Shown here in pieces: positions 63,510 through 64,000 of a stretch of 64,000 bases of DNA. This DNA comes from Octopus vulgaris (Eukaryota), in NCBI GenBank assembly GCA_951406725.2, contig OX597827.1:21204001-21268000 (forward strand), written 5' to 3'. Each line of letters begins with the position of its first letter. Positions within the stretch are counted from its first letter, which is position 1. The translations under genes were made by a program, and so were the position numbers. The notes under the pieces are model-generated. The model did not search any database. It saw only the letters and a program-made list of their open reading frames with translations, and was not told the origin of the DNA.

Positions 63510-64000
63510 ACTAATTTGGTGATAAAATGCAGATGGCTAGCTGGATGGATTCTCTGAACTTTCAGAACAAGAGAGAAGGAGACACTGATGGTCCTTTGGA
63601 AAGCATTCATCCTCAGCTGCTTGGACTACTGCTCCCAACTATGGTCACCACACAATATAAAGCTAACAGCAGAACTCGAAGCAATTCAACGAAGCTACAC
63701 TAAGAAGATTGTCTCAATGCAACATATCAGCTACTGGGAAAGACTGAAAGTATTAAAACTCTTCTCCCTGGAGTGAAGTCGGGAGAGATATGCAGTGATA
63801 TACATCTGGAAAATCCTGGAGGGTCTTGTCCCAAACTTTGGCATTCAAAGTTACCCCAATCGCAGAACGGGGTGCCACTGCATGGTAACAAAGATTCCAA
63901 CATCACCATCAAAATACAGGACCAGATACTGCAACAGCTTGGGTTTCAGAGGACCACAGCTCTTCAACATCCTCCCTAAATGCCTGAGAAACCTGCATGG
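63510..64000 (+). mobile_element. CR1-like LINE ORF2 C-terminal remnant
   Basis: LWKAFILSCLDYCSQLWSPH..LEAIQRSYTKKI..SYWERLKVLKLFSLE, and GPQLFNILPKCLR. Confidence 0.85.

Overview
AT-rich, repeat-dense eukaryotic DNA. The SINE, RTE and (TA)n repeat content resembles an Octopus-like cephalopod genome (inference, not database-checked). Three host genes are supported: (1) an intronless DHHC palmitoyltransferase (minus, 2606-3451); (2) a CAF1/CNOT7-8 deadenylase with a single coding exon and a Gly/Ser/Asn tail (plus, 27293-28396); (3) the last two exons of a spliced minus-strand gene (62043-62156 and 57768-58573) that the ORF track only half shows, encoding a death domain, a long disordered linker and a C-terminal tail anchor, an architecture reminiscent of molluscan MAVS-type adaptors. 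The rest is mostly decayed mobile DNA: RTE LINE fragments carrying a PHD-like finger, a rearranged Tx1/L1 composite bounded by (GA)n, CR1-like LINE pieces, Penelope-like elements, three tRNA-type SINE families, mariner/piggyBac/Merlin-like MITEs and Helentron-like elements. The Penelope terminal repeats carry hammerhead ribozyme motifs in three structural variants. Repeat boundaries are approximate (tens of bp) unless TIRs, TSDs or splice sites are cited.
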